From Cyanobacteria bacterium P01_F01_bin.150 (GTDB lineage: Bacteria; Cyanobacteriota; Cyanobacteriia; CAKZMO01), in NCBI GenBank assembly GCA_039189765.1, contig JBCCYL010000010.1, positions 50,577 through 114,576 of the forward strand: a DNA stretch of 64,000 bases, given 5' to 3'. Each line of letters begins with the position of its first letter. Position 1 is the first letter of the stretch. Of this stretch, positions 32,018-43,414 are shown one piece after another. The notes under the pieces are model-generated. The model worked only from the letters and a program-made list of their open reading frames with translations, ran no database searches and had not been told where the DNA came from. The position numbers and the translations under genes were made by a program.

Positions 32018-35000
32018 TCAGGGATGTTGAGACTTGAACTGATTGCCTTCTAACTCTTTGGCAATGGTGAAATGGAAGGCGGTTCCTTGACCAATTTCTG
32101 ACTCAAGCCAAATATTTCCACGATGACGCTCGATGATTTTTTTACAGATAGCTAGACCAATGCCATAGCCATCTTGTTGTTCTCGATTGTGGAGTCGCTG
32201 AAATAAAACAAAAATCCGTTCTTTTTGCTCAGATGGAATGCCAATGCCATTGTCTTGAATGGTGAAAACCCAGCGTTCGGGCTGTTCCTCCGATGAAATA
32301 TGAATAATCGGAGGGGTTAAGCCTCGAAACTTAAGGCTATTACCAATCAAATTTTGAAAGACTTGACCCAGCTGATTCCGGTTGCCCCATATGGTAGGCA
32401 GAGAGTCATGGGTCACAACCGCTTGATTCTCGTTGATCGCTACATCCAGCACCTGTAAAACTGTTTGGAGAATGGTTCCAGTATCTGCCTGCTCCATGGT
32501 GGGATCGTTGTAGCTTACCCGGGCAAAGGCAAGAATACCGTCAATCATCGTTTGCATGCGAACTCCGCCTTCCACAATATGATTGAGATAGCTGGTGGCG
32601 CTTTCGTTGAGCTGTGATCGATGCCGCTGGTCCAGTAATTGGGAAAAGGCGGTCATGGCCCGCAAGGGTTCCTGTAAATCGTGGGATACGATATAGGCAA
32701 ACTCTTCTAAATCCGCATTAGATGCTTCCAATGCTTTAGCCCGTTGGGCTAGGGCCTGGGTCCGTTCTTGAACTTTTGCTTCTAAGACTTCATTCGTATT
32801 GCGCAGCAGATCCTCTGTTTGGCGCTGCTGCATAATATCGGTGTGGGTAATAATCATCCGTGAAGCTTTACCGTCTGGTTCCCAGTCAATCACCTTGCCT
32901 CGCCCCAAAATCCACTTGTAGCTGCCATCTTTACACCGCACTCGATGTTCATTTTTGTAGATAGATGTCTCTTGTCTTAAATGGCGCTGAATATCGGCAT
33001 AGCATCGCTCTTTGTCTTTTGGATGAACCCGAGAGTTCCATTCGTCTAAGGTATTACCAATATCTTGGTCGTCGTAGCCCAGCATGGTTTTCCACTGGGA
33101 TGAGAAGAAGACATGATTTGTTTTTAGATTCCAGTCCCACACCCCATCCCCAGAACCCTCCAAGGCAAATTGCCAGCGAGCATCACTTTCACTTAATGCT
33201 TTTTGAACCTGGTTTAATTCAGTGACATCCACAATAACAGCTAGGGAACGGCTAAAAGTTCCAAATTCTCCAGATTCAGCACTAGCGGAAAGCAGCACGT
33301 CTAAAATTCGGCCATCTTTAGTCACCATCTGATAAGGAATATCGGTGCAATGTTCAGCCTCAAAATACTCTGGCAGCACCACCTCTTTGGCATAGCGTTG
33401 GGACGCTTCGGTTAAAAAATCGGTGGATTTGCGTCCCAACACCTCATGTCGCTCATATCCTAGCTTTCGTAGCCAAAAATCGCTGACGCTAATTAACTCA
33501 CCGTCATGGTTGATGGAGTGCATCATTACCGGAGTTTTATTGTAGAAGGTGCGAAATCGGGCTTCACTAGCTTGCAGTTGGGCTTCAGCAGCTTTGCGAT
33601 CGCTAATATCCTCCATTGACCCCACCATTCGAATGGGGTTCCCTTGCTCGTCCCACACCGCTTGACCGCAGTCCCTGACCCAAATGTAGTAGCCATCATT
33701 ATGGCGGAGCTGGAACTCAATATCGTACGGCTGCCGCTGCTCTAGATGATTGGTGATAGCCTGCTGAAAAAGTCCTTGATCGTCTGGATGAATCGCAGCC
33801 AGAAACGCGGTATGGGAAGTTGCTGGTTCATCAGACTCTCCATCAACACCATGCATTTCTCGATGACGCTCTGAAACGATGGTGCTTCCAGTTTGAATAT
33901 CCCAATCCCAAATTCCCACATGGGAGCCTTGGAGAACCAGCTCATACCGCTCATTGCTTTGCTTGAGGGATGCGGTGCGTTCTACTACCTGTGCTTCCAA
34001 TCGTTCATTGGTTTGGCGTAGTTCAGCCTCCGCCGTTTTCAACTGGGTTTGAGTTTGTTTAATGTCATCAATATTGATAAAGGTCAAAATAACCCCATCA
34101 ATCGAGGACTTGCCGGTTTGATAGGGATGAATTCGCAGAAGTAGGTCGATATCGTTAACGCGACTTTGCACCTCATACTCAATTGTTTCACCTGCGGATT
34201 GAACAGAGGCGATCGCCCCCATCATGTCAAAGTCCACCAGACTATGGGACAGATGAGCAATGGGGCGACCAATATCCACCTCCACCAAGTTATAGGCAAC
34301 CATCGCCGCTTGGGTAAACTTGCGAATCTGCAAATCCTGATCGAGGAAAATCACCCCGATATCGATATTGCTTAACAGATTATCCAGGTCATCATTAAGC
34401 TCAGAGAGTTCCTGGATTTTACATTGATACTCCGCATTGACGGTGTAAAGCTCTTCATTGACTGACTGCAGTTCTTCATTTGTGCTTTGCAGTTCTTCGT
34501 TAGCTGCGGTTAGCTCTTCGTTGGTAGCCTGCTGTTCCTCATTGGTGGTTTCCAGCTCTTCAATAGTGGACTGTAGGTTTTCGCGGGTGGCCCTTAGTTC
34601 TAGCTCTAGCTGAATTACATATTCCGCCGTATCTGCATCCAGATTAACTTGTTCAGTTAATGTCGGAATAGTCTTAGGAGCAGTTTCCTTGATCAACCTT
34701 ACCAAATAAAATTCCCCCGTGTCTTGATTTGCGGCTTGGAGGGTAACTTCCAACGTCACAATGAACGGATGATCTTCTTGACTATCGTTTTGGTCTTGCT
34801 GTATCCCTTGATTCTGGGCATTGCGAAAAAGGGCACTGTTGCCCTTTTCTGGAATCTGGCATCCTCTATATTTCACCGATATTTTTGATTGGCGGACCTG
34901 ATGCAGGGCTGAGCTTAATGGCAGATGTAACGACAGGGGTAGCATATCCATTACGTCTTGAGATGCTCGTCCCACGGGAATGCTAAGTAGTTTTAATGGA

Positions 35001-36676
35001 TCCGCACATAAATGAAGGAGTTGGCTGTGCCGATCAATTAAAAAAGTGGTGGTTTGGGACTGCTCTAGAAATAGTTGAAAAGCCCTATCAATTAGCGGAT
35101 CGAAACGAGGTCGAGTCGCAGAGGAAACGTATCCTCTAATCGGCTGACGCTGACTAAGCTGGGGTAGATCCTGGGTAAGTAGGGGTAATCTCACATCTCG
35201 TAATTTTTGGTACATACGCCATTTGCGATGTAGGGTATTAAACTCTTGTTCCAGGTCTCCAAGATTTTCCGATTCTCCCAAGAATAATACGCCTGTTTTA
35301 TAAAGGGCAAAGTGGAGGCTACGCAGAACCCGCTGTTGTAGTTCAGGCTGCATATAAATCAGTACATTACGGCAACTTACCAGATTCATCTTGGTAAACC
35401 CCGCATTTTTTGCCAAGTTATGGTTAGAGAAAATAACCATCTCTCGTAAGGACCGTTTTACTTCAAACTTTTCACCGTTAGAAGTGAAAAAACGAGCCAG
35501 CCGTTCCTTGCTGACTTCGTTGGCGATGGATTGGGGATAGACTCCAGCGGAGGCCTTTTGCAGTGAAAACGGATCAACATCGGTTGCAAAAATTTTGATG
35601 TCAAATACAGGTTTAATGTCTGTCCCTGCATTTGCATTATCTTGGGCCAGCCTTTCATCCCGCAATTCTTGTAATATCATGGCCATGGAGTATGCTTCTT
35701 CGCCAGTGGAACAGGCAGCAACCCATGCCCTAAAAGGATTTTGGCGATTGCATTTTTCAATGATAGGAGGTAGAATTTGTTCTTTTAAGGCTGTCCAAGC
35801 CTCAGGATCACGGAAAAAACGGGTAACGTTAATCAGCAAATCGTTGCGCAGGGCATCCCGTTCAGTAGCGGACTTTTGCAGCAGATGAAGATAGGAGTTA
35901 AGGTCCTGAATTCCTAGGATCAAGCATCGCCGTTTAATCCGACGAGTAATGGTACCGGGTTTGTACTGGGTGAAGTCAATATCTTCATAATCTCCAAGGA
36001 CATTGATGATTTGCTGAAGCTGTACAGGTCGTAGTTGGGGTTGTTGGCTTTCTTGAAAGGTTTTCCAATAGGATGGAGAACTAATAAATTGATAGGTCGT
36101 TTCGGCTAACGCTCTAGGAGACGATATAACATCAACAATGCCAGTGGCGATCGCACTGTGTGGCATCCCATCAAATTCAGCTGTGGTAGGGTCTTGAACT
36201 AGAACGACCCCCCCTGCTTCCGCTATTTGCTGGATGCCTCGGGTCCCATCACTGCCCGTTCCCGATAGAATAATTGAGATAGTCCGTTCTTTATTTCTTT
36301 CAGCTAAAGACGAGAAAAAAATATCGATGGGAAAGTGGGGCTGACGATATTGCTCTCGTTTCTGGGAAACAAGCTGTAGATGATTGCCTTGCAATACTAA
36401 ATTGTGACTATGGGGCAACAGATAAACAGTGTTCGGCTCTAAAGTGATGCCGTTTTTAATCACTTTAATGGGCATCTGAGTACGACGTTCCAACAGCTCA
36501 CTCATCAGGCTTTTGTAGTCTGGGGAGAGATGTTGCACCACCACAAAGGCTGCCCCACTATCGTAGGGCATGATTTCAAAAAACTCCTCTAATGCCCTCA
36601 GCCCCCCCGCAGATGCGCCAAGGCCGACAATGCAGGGAATCAATTGCGTTTCCTCTTCAGAAAATAAAGTAGTCAT
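32018..36676 (-). CDS. CheB-CheR fusion with coiled coil, multiple PAS domains and histidine kinase
   Basis: GASAGG/VQHL/GTGSDG; VTRFFRD and [15 protein letters not shown] repeats; [32 protein letters not shown]. Confidence 0.96.
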   Translation of the reverse strand: MTTLFSEEETQLIPCIVGLGASAGGLRALEEFFEIMPYDSGAAFVVVQHLSPDYKSLMSELLERRTQMPIKVIKNGITLEPNTVYLLPHSHNLVLQGNHLQLVSQKREQYRQPHFPIDIFFSSLAERNKERTISIILSGTGSDGTRGIQQIAEAGGVVLVQDPTTAEFDGMPHSAIATGIVDVISSPRALAETTYQFISSPSYWKTFQESQQPQLRPVQLQQIINVLGDYEDIDFTQYKPGTITRRIKRRCLILGIQDLNSYLHLLQKSATERDALRNDLLINVTRFFRDPEAWTALKEQILPPIIEKCNRQNPFRAWVAACSTGEEAYSMAMILQELRDERLAQDNANAGTDIKPVFDIKIFATDVDPFSLQKASAGVYPQSIANEVSKERLARFFTSNGEKFEVKRSLREMVIFSNHNLAKNAGFTKMNLVSCRNVLIYMQPELQQRVLRSLHFALYKTGVLFLGESENLGDLEQEFNTLHRKWRMYQKLRDVRLPLLTQDLPQLSQRQPIRGYVSSATRPRFDPLIDRAFQLFLEQSQTTTFLIDRHSQLLHLCADPLKLLSIPVGRASQDVMDMLPLSLHLPLSSALHQVRQSKISVKYRGCQIPEKGNSALFRNAQNQGIQQDQNDSQEDHPFIVTLEVTLQAANQDTGEFYLVRLIKETAPKTIPTLTEQVNLDADTAEYVIQLELELRATRENLQSTIEELETTNEEQQATNEELTAANEELQSTNEELQSVNEELYTVNAEYQCKIQELSELNDDLDNLLSNIDIGVIFLDQDLQIRKFTQAAMVAYNLVEVDIGRPIAHLSHSLVDFDMMGAIASVQSAGETIEYEVQSRVNDIDLLLRIHPYQTGKSSIDGVILTFINIDDIKQTQTQLKTAEAELRQTNERLEAQVVERTASLKQSNERYELVLQGSHVGIWDWDIQTGSTIVSERHREMHGVDGESDEPATSHTAFLAAIHPDDQGLFQQAITNHLEQRQPYDIEFQLRHNDGYYIWVRDCGQAVWDEQGNPIRMVGSMEDISDRKAAEAQLQASEARFRTFYNKTPVMMHSINHDGELISVSDFWLRKLGYERHEVLGRKSTDFLTEASQRYAKEVVLPEYFEAEHCTDIPYQMVTKDGRILDVLLSASAESGEFGTFSRSLAVIVDVTELNQVQKALSESDARWQFALEGSGDGVWDWNLKTNHVFFSSQWKTMLGYDDQDIGNTLDEWNSRVHPKDKERCYADIQRHLRQETSIYKNEHRVRCKDGSYKWILGRGKVIDWEPDGKASRMIITHTDIMQQRQTEDLLRNTNEVLEAKVQERTQALAQRAKALEASNADLEEFAYIVSHDLQEPLRAMTAFSQLLDQRHRSQLNESATSYLNHIVEGGVRMQTMIDGILAFARVSYNDPTMEQADTGTILQTVLQVLDVAINENQAVVTHDSLPTIWGNRNQLGQVFQNLIGNSLKFRGLTPPIIHISSEEQPERWVFTIQDNGIGIPSEQKERIFVLFQRLHNREQQDGYGIGLAICKKIIERHRGNIWLESEIGQGTAFHFTIAKELEGNQFKSQHP

Positions 36677-36684
36677 AAAACCAA

Positions 36685-36730
36685 CGCGCCCCCACTACCG
36701 TTAATTTTGTTTCGCCTTAAAACGAAACCC
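36685..36730 (-). repeat. Partial copy of the 80-bp element
   Basis: CGCGCCCCCACTACCGTTAATTTTGTTTCGCCTTAAAACGAAACCC, 8 bp from the cheB/R start codon. Confidence 0.8.
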
Positions 36731-36941
36731 ACAATCGGTAATGTATTAAATTGTTATTTTTAGTTTTTCAATACTAATACCTGCTGCTTTGTAAGGTAGA
36801 TATATGACAGATTTATTTTAAATTGGGCTGAATTAATACCTCATCGGTGAGTTATAGCTGAGTGTAGACGTTGCAATCTTTCTTTCCTCCCCCATAATTA
36901 AGGCAAGCGAATACCATTCCTCTAATTAAAGGTTCAGGATT

Positions 36942-39674
36942 ATGTCTGACGCATTAAATGAACTGTGGGACTCTGCGATCGCCAAGTGTTGCCAGGAACC
37001 CATCCACACCCCAGGCACCATCCAGTCGTTTGGAGCTTTGATTGTTACGGATTTGGCCTTGGATATTATTACCCATGTATCAGCGAACCTAACCCAGATG
37101 TTAGGAATAGATATGTCTAGCCAAACTTTGGATGACACAGAGGCGGATAAAAGTGTCGAACAATCTGCGATAGATGAGGGAAAGGCTTCTATCCATTCAC
37201 AACACTGGGGTAGTACAGAAGAGATTTTAGGGCGATCGCTCAACACAGTCCTTCCTCCTGAATTGACCCATGAGCTGGCCAATGTCTGTGGATTACCTTG
37301 GATTAGCACTCAGCGAGAACAGATCGGAGTTTATGGGATTAATGGGCAATCGTTCCATATCTGTGTCCATGTTCAGGGCAATCGGACTCTAATTGAGATA
37401 GAGCCGCTACAAGACACCGTAGAACGGAGTCAGACCCTAGTCTCACGTATAAAGGCTCTCCTCCAGAGCGATCGGGATATGCAAATGGTTCTAACCCACT
37501 GTGCGGAGGAACTACGCAACGCAACAGGCTTTGATCGGATTATGGTCTATCAGTTCCTGGAGGATGGTGCGGGCGAAGTCATTGCAGAAGCCCGCTCTAA
37601 CGAGATAGAGAGTTTTCTTCATTTAAGATTTCCGGCAACCGATATTCCAGACTCAGCTCGGCAAATCTTTCGTAAAATCGCGGTCCGCCCGATTCCAGAC
37701 CTGAATACGCCCTTAGTTCCCCTTATTGCCTGGAATAAAACGGAAGCGCCTCTCGATTTATCCCGAGTATCTCTTCGAGGAGCCACTGTAGTCCATACGC
37801 AAGAGTATCTGCCCAATATGGGCATCGCCAGTAGTATGGCCTTGGCCATTACTATTGAGGGTAAACTATGGGGCCTTTTTGCGTTTCATCATCGTCAACC
37901 CAAACTACTATCTCCTCAGTTCAGATCCGTTGTTGAATTATCTGGTCTGCTGATCTCTTTATACATACAACAAAAGCTCACTGAGGCAGACTTCAGATGT
38001 CAGCAAGATGCCTCTAGACTGCTTAGCCAAATGTTTGCTCAACAGGTTAAAGCCGATGGAGATTGGCAGGCTCTGATTGTAAACGCAATGCCCCAGATCT
38101 GCGACTTGCTATCCTCCAATGGGCTTGCATTCATAATGAATGGACAGGTTTTGGCGACTCATGGTGATGTCCCAGAACCCTTAATCCTCTTAACTCTGAT
38201 TGAACAGACTGACGCACAAGGGGATAAATACGGTTGGGCCATTGACAGTTTGCCCAAACTCAAGCATTCGCACAAAATTCCTAATGTAGATTGGCAACGT
38301 ATTGCGGGGGCGTTATTTTTACCCATTGAGTTTAATGGCTCCCATTATCTAGTTTTCTTTCGCAATGAACGGATTTGTGAGGTTATCTGGGCAGGAAATC
38401 CCAATGAACAACAACTTGTCCAGAGAAAAAATATAACGGGTGTTCAAATGCGCCCCCAACGGTCCTTTAATGCCTATAAGCAATTGGTTTCAGGATACTG
38501 CCGCCCTTGGTCGCGTCAGGATCGTGCCTTGGTGCAAGAGTTGGGTAATGCTCTGGAAAATCAAGTTTTCTCGCAAGAGCGCCAAAGTTTATTGATTGCA
38601 GAACTAAAGCATCGTGTCAAAAATATTTTGGCATTGATTAATTCCGTGGCTCATCAAACTCGACGTTCCAGTCAATCCATCGATCAGTATGTGCAAGTGC
38701 TAGAGCGACGAATTTCTTCCTTGGCGATGGCCCACGAGCTGGTTACCCGGAGAGAACTATCTTGGCCAAGGCTACAGGATTTGTTTGAATTAGAACTACA
38801 TCCTTACTTAAGGAGTGAATGGGAAGATGCTAAAGATGGTGCTGGAAACAGCAACTGTTCGTCTATTCAGGTGAACTTAACAGGGCCAGAGGTCGTTCTC
38901 AACTCAAGTTTTGTTCCTACTTTTATTCTGGTTATCCATGAACTAGTATCTAATGCCGTGAAGTATGGGGCATTATCGGTCCCAGAAGGACAGTTGACAA
39001 TTCAATGGTTCAAAGATCGTGGCGGTCTCACGTTGCTGTGGAGGGAAGCCAACGGTCCCAGAGTTGCCCCCCCCGATATGGATAGACGTGGCTTTGGTTC
39101 TGAGTTAATCAAGCGAGCGATTCCCTATGAATTTGACGGAGAAGCTAACCTTTGCTTTGCTCCCTCAGGGTTGGAAGTTAATTTTTGGCTTCCTCAAAAG
39201 TTAGTAAGATGGGAATTGCGCAATTTATCCTCAACAGATGCTGCCCAATCTAAATTGGATAAGCCAGAGGATCAGGGTAACGTGGTCTCTTCTCAAACGT
39301 TAGCAAACGTGGATCAAGGAGAGGTCCTTCTGGTGGAAGACAATATGTTAATTGCTATTGAAATGGAAACTCTTCTGAGGAAATTTGGATTTAGCACTGT
39401 TGATTCGGTTCCAACAGTGGACCGAGCCATGAAGCTGCTGCACCGCGACAAAAAAACGTATCGATTTTGCCTGCTGGATATCAATCTAAAAACAGAAACG
39501 AGCTTTGCGATCGCTTACCATCTAATCCAAACAAAAACACGACTTGCTTTTGTCAGCGGCTATAGTTCCAAACACTCTATTCCTGATGATTTAAGGGATA
39601 TTTCCCTGTTAAAAAAGCCAGTTGACTTCAGTAAGCTTGTTGCAATGCTGCAAACGGTCCTAGCAGAAGCTTGA
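36942..39674 (+). CDS. Bacteriophytochrome-like PAS-GAF-PHY sensor with HWE histidine kinase and receiver
   Basis: CCQEPIHTPGTIQ, GFDRIMVYQF, FPATDIP, WAGNP; ELKHRVKN, ELVSNAVKYGALS, WRE; LLVEDN/LLDINL. Confidence 0.93.
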   Translation: MSDALNELWDSAIAKCCQEPIHTPGTIQSFGALIVTDLALDIITHVSANLTQMLGIDMSSQTLDDTEADKSVEQSAIDEGKASIHSQHWGSTEEILGRSLNTVLPPELTHELANVCGLPWISTQREQIGVYGINGQSFHICVHVQGNRTLIEIEPLQDTVERSQTLVSRIKALLQSDRDMQMVLTHCAEELRNATGFDRIMVYQFLEDGAGEVIAEARSNEIESFLHLRFPATDIPDSARQIFRKIAVRPIPDLNTPLVPLIAWNKTEAPLDLSRVSLRGATVVHTQEYLPNMGIASSMALAITIEGKLWGLFAFHHRQPKLLSPQFRSVVELSGLLISLYIQQKLTEADFRCQQDASRLLSQMFAQQVKADGDWQALIVNAMPQICDLLSSNGLAFIMNGQVLATHGDVPEPLILLTLIEQTDAQGDKYGWAIDSLPKLKHSHKIPNVDWQRIAGALFLPIEFNGSHYLVFFRNERICEVIWAGNPNEQQLVQRKNITGVQMRPQRSFNAYKQLVSGYCRPWSRQDRALVQELGNALENQVFSQERQSLLIAELKHRVKNILALINSVAHQTRRSSQSIDQYVQVLERRISSLAMAHELVTRRELSWPRLQDLFELELHPYLRSEWEDAKDGAGNSNCSSIQVNLTGPEVVLNSSFVPTFILVIHELVSNAVKYGALSVPEGQLTIQWFKDRGGLTLLWREANGPRVAPPDMDRRGFGSELIKRAIPYEFDGEANLCFAPSGLEVNFWLPQKLVRWELRNLSSTDAAQSKLDKPEDQGNVVSSQTLANVDQGEVLLVEDNMLIAIEMETLLRKFGFSTVDSVPTVDRAMKLLHRDKKTYRFCLLDINLKTETSFAIAYHLIQTKTRLAFVSGYSSKHSIPDDLRDISLLKKPVDFSKLVAMLQTVLAEA

Positions 39675-39689
39675 TATGAGACGAAATTT

Positions 39690-40121
39690 ATGGCTAACAT
39701 TTTAATAATGGAAGATGATATTGCCTTAGCTACTTACTGGCAAAATTTCCTAGAAATGCATGATCATCGAGTGGTTTGCTGTTCTACCGTAGCTCGCACC
39801 ATTGAACAAACCTCCTATATGGACGTTGATCTAATCATTGCCGATATGATGATTAAGGTCGATGGAGAGCTTGTGCCGGAGGGGGGACTAACCCTTCTTT
39901 GTAAAAGAATTACAGGTGCTTTGCCTTCTGTGCCTATCCTTGGGGTAAGCGGTCGCAAACCTGATCCGAAGATATATGCAACTTCTCCTCTACAGATTGC
40001 CGAAGGAATGGGGATTGATATGGTCCTTTATAAGCCTATTCCCCTAGAGATCCTTTTGGATGCAATTGAACAGCTTCTAGCTAAGCTCAACACCTCTAAA
40101 CCCAATTCAAGCCCTGAGTAA
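39690..40121 (+). CDS. Single-domain response regulator
   Basis: [12 protein letters not shown] and KP motifs; 15 bp after the phytochrome; 3' overlap with map. Confidence 0.9.
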   Translation: MANILIMEDDIALATYWQNFLEMHDHRVVCCSTVARTIEQTSYMDVDLIIADMMIKVDGELVPEGGLTLLCKRITGALPSVPILGVSGRKPDPKIYATSPLQIAEGMGIDMVLYKPIPLEILLDAIEQLLAKLNTSKPNSSPE

Positions 40122-40940
40122 ACGGCGATCGGTAAGGATTTCATATCCAGTCTCAGTAACCAGCACCGTATGCTCAAACTGAGCAGACAGCGCTCGATCC
40201 AACGTAACCACTGTCCAGCGATCAGATAGAGTTCTAGTGTACTTAGACCCTGCGTTTAAGATAGGTTCAATCGCTAGGGTCATTCCTGGTCGCAGTTTTA
40301 CATTGGGGAGCTGATAGGTTCGGAAATTAAACACCGAAGGCTCCTCATGCAGATTACTGCCTACCCCATGGCCAGTAAATTCTTCAACAATGCTAAAGCC
40401 ATTCGCCTCTGCATGATCCTGCATTGCCCCCGCCATATCTAGGAGGCGGTTGCCGGGCTTAACCTGCTCAATGCCCTTATAAAGGGTCTCTTCTGCAACT
40501 TTAGTTAATTTGGCCGCCTCTGGGGAAACCTCACCTACAGAAATAGTGATACAAGAGTCACCGTGGAAGCCTTCAAAATAGGCTCCTGTATCTACCTTGA
40601 GCAGATCCCCTGCTCGAATCACTTTCTTTTTATTGGGAATACCGTGCACGACTTCATCATTGAGGCAAGAGCAGATGGATGCAGGAAATCCGCAGTATCC
40701 TTTGAAGCTAGGGGTAGCACCCATCTCCCGAATCCGCTTCTCCGTATACTGATCGAGATCCGCTGTCGTCATGCCCGGCTCAACCCGCTCCGCAATTTCC
40801 TGTAGAACCGTAGCGACAATAATCGAAGCCTGTCGCATAATCGCAATTTCTTCAGCAGATTTGATTGAACCGCCTCGCCGAGCCTTAGGAATACGGGGAG
40901 CTTTACGGGCACGAGGGAGGAAATTCGTCAGAAAATTCAT
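40107..40940 (-). CDS. map: Type I methionine aminopeptidase
   Basis: VVHGIP, DTG..FHGDS, GHGVG, AIEPI, AQFEHT. Confidence 0.97.
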   Translation of the reverse strand: MNFLTNFLPRARKAPRIPKARRGGSIKSAEEIAIMRQASIIVATVLQEIAERVEPGMTTADLDQYTEKRIREMGATPSFKGYCGFPASICSCLNDEVVHGIPNKKKVIRAGDLLKVDTGAYFEGFHGDSCITISVGEVSPEAAKLTKVAEETLYKGIEQVKPGNRLLDMAGAMQDHAEANGFSIVEEFTGHGVGSNLHEEPSVFNFRTYQLPNVKLRPGMTLAIEPILNAGSKYTRTLSDRWTVVTLDRALSAQFEHTVLVTETGYEILTDRRLLRA

Positions 40941-41797
40941 TGGTACACCATCAAACTGCCAATGTGCACATACAGGAATGCACTCTATTGTTTATAGCAA
41001 CTTTCGGGCAGTCTGTGGATCGTTTCTCGGGAATTAAACTACATCCATTTAAATGCAGCTTTACTGTAATTTTGCACAGGCTTATTTTTAGGAGATTCGT
41101 TATTAGATCTGCTGTCGTCACTACATGAAGGGGTGGGCGAATCGCACTTTGCCGTAAATATCAATGAATACGGGGCTAGAAACGTGGATGAGGGGGCTGC
41201 GGGAGGAACGCGATCGCCGACTGACAGAAAACCAGAATTTATCTGAGAAACATGCATAAAACTCACTTTATTTAGCACTTATAAGCCCATATCTGAAGAT
41301 TTGATAAAGCCTAAGATCCGTGAATGCTCTAGTGATAAATATTACTCTGCTGGTGTCAGGATAGCTGCAAGTAAAGCGTAATAAATATCCATTATTTTTC
41401 TATATTTAGTAATACTTCCATGCAAGATTCTCGATTATACGGTCTGAGATATCGATGAATCAATTTATGTTTCTAATTTTTAATTTAAAATTAGGAGTAT
41501 GATAATAGCATTGCTGACTGTTGATAGATAGTACCGATATGCATCCTGTTCAAATAGCTATCTACTTGTTCATTAATTTGTTTTTTCCAGTTACTTCTAT
41601 TAAATTTATGCTATTTTCTCAAGGCTAGCTCAATTATCATCACTCTTGCGGCTCTCTCTAAGCGCAGGCACAGAGCATGATGCCGTTAAGCTATCTCTCA
41701 ATCTTTTTTATGCCTATCGTTATCGACTATTGATTATTTGCTGAGCTAATTCCTGCAAGCGTAATGAGTGCGCTTTGGTGTTGGAGTAGCCCAGTGG

Positions 41798-42200
41798 AGC
41801 AATTTCTATTGGAACTGGGCGCAGATTTTACGTTCGTTGCCCGTCAGAAGCGTCTACAAATTGATGATGATGATTTCTACATCGACTTGTTATTCTACAA
41901 TCGCAAACTTAAACGCTTGGTTGCCATCGATTTGAAGCTGGGTAATTTTCGTGCCGAATACAAGAGCCAGATGGAACTCTATCTACGCTGGCTTGATAAA
42001 TACGACCAAGAACCTGACGAACTTCCTCCTCTTGTTATCATCCTTTGTGCTGGCAAAAAGCAAGAACAAATTGAATTGTTGGAGTTGGATAAAAGTGACA
42101 TCCACGTTGCCAAATATCTCACGGTTTTGCCTCCAGCTACAAAATAAGCTATATAAGGCAATTGTGAGTGCTCGTCAGCGGTTACAACAACGACAGATAA
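41798..42200 (+). pseudogene. YhcG/DUF1016 PD-(D/E)XK nuclease C-terminal remnant, 5'-truncated and frameshifted
   Basis: EQFLLELGADFTFVARQKR, YIDLLFYNRKLKRLVAIDLK, QMELYL; tail LQNKLYKAIVSARQRL lies in another frame. Confidence 0.85.
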
Positions 42201-42276
42201 GGAATAGATGTGCATCAACACACGCACTACAAATTGGTAGTCCTCCCCCTGGTTCGATATTCTGGAAAGATTTCCA

Positions 42277-42356
42277 GGGTTTCGGTTTAAGGCGAAACAA
42301 AAGCAACGGTAGTGTGGGCGCTCCGCACCCACACTACTCGCTTAAAGTTGATAGCG
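42277..42356 (+). repeat. Full 80-bp dispersed element (reference copy)
   Basis: GGGTTTCGGTTTAAGGCGAAACAAAAGCAACGGTAGTGTGGGCGCTCCGCACCCACACTACTCGCTTAAAGTTGATAGC. Confidence 0.9.
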
Positions 42357-42449
42357 GAGTCAAATTCAGTCTTGACAAGGTGGTATTTCCATAAACAGCG
42401 AGGCCATGATTGGTGAGCTTTTAGTACAATTTTGTCAAGTATTAATTCT

Positions 42450-42788
42450 GGACCGGCTCTCTAGCAGTTTTCACCAACAAACTTTGAAAGCCACTTCTGG
42501 AAGACCGATGTAGACATTCTGGTATGTTCTGGTACTTGAAAATAGTAGTTCTTTAGTGACGCTAAGCTAAGCAATGATGCGCTTAACAGCCTTACGCATA
42601 CTCTTGTCTTGCTCCAGCACTTAGGAGAAAAATGCCCATAGAGTGACAATCGGAATGACATAATTGTGATACTGCACTCCCTCTGCCATTAAGACTTGCT
42701 CAATTTCAAACTGACACAATAAATTCAGGAAAGGTAACTCTAAGCTCAGGGTGAACGTTTGCTTGAGAATTTTGGCTCGGTCCATCAT
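42450..42788 (-). mobile_element. IS4-family transposase N-terminal remnant with in-frame stops
   Basis: Manual translation MMDRAKILKQTFTLSLELPFLNLL...IEQVL...PIVTLWAFFS*VLEQDKSMRKAVKRIIA*L resembles cyanobacterial IS4 N-termini as I recall them; left boundary approximate. Confidence 0.75.
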
Positions 42789-42946
42789 GATAGCAAATGT
42801 TGTATTTAGCCTTCAATATTTAGAGCACCTCATCATTGAGTCTTAAAATTTCTCGTTGAAGTGCCATTTTGTAGTGTGTGACAACACATCGCTTCTTGGT
42901 ATCCAATGTAAGCGATGCGTTACCACATACCTTAGTGACTATCTAT

Positions 42947-43033
42947 TAAGGCGATTTCTCGAAATAAGTATATTAACGACGATGGGTTACGCTGTCGCTA
43001 CAAGCAGGATATTCTTTTTCAGAAATAGCCTAA
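42947..43033 (+). mobile_element. MITE-like element, copy 1 (10-bp internal deletion)
   Basis: Ends TAAGGCGATTTCT and AGAAATAGCCTAA form imperfect TIRs; near-identical to 46784-46880. Confidence 0.8.
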
Positions 43034-43414
43034 GAATATCAACGCATGAGTTTCTACAGCATTTATTCTGTTCAAGGATATTTCTGAGATTATCCGGATC
43101 GAATATATAAATGAAGAACAAATATAAGAGAGTTTTTCTATTCTAAAGACAGTAAGTCGTATTTAGAAACAACTGCACGCTTCTGGGCCAACAGTCAACA
43201 TTGAAGGACCTAGGCTAAATCAAAATTGTGACCTTGAGTCCTCAACAAATTAGTCCAAAGGCATGAAAATTCAGATGACATTAATTGAGCTTCATATTTC
43301 ATAATATTCTGCATACATAACATGACAGAAATAAATAAGCTTAATATACCTAATTCCATCATTGAATCCAATCAATCAATTGAGTTCTCACATAAATATA
43401 AGGAGATTTTGATA

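Noticed and set aside
16030..40940. Two def genes and map as a functional cluster
   Set aside because: They are spread over 25 kb in separate contexts, and two deformylases are common in cyanobacteria
40940..41278. Short ORFs upstream of map
   Set aside because: No recognisable domain or RBS; cannot be supported from sequence alone
41951..42394. 147-aa ORF
   Set aside because: Chimera of out-of-frame YhcG sequence, the shifted YhcG tail and read-through across an 80-bp element
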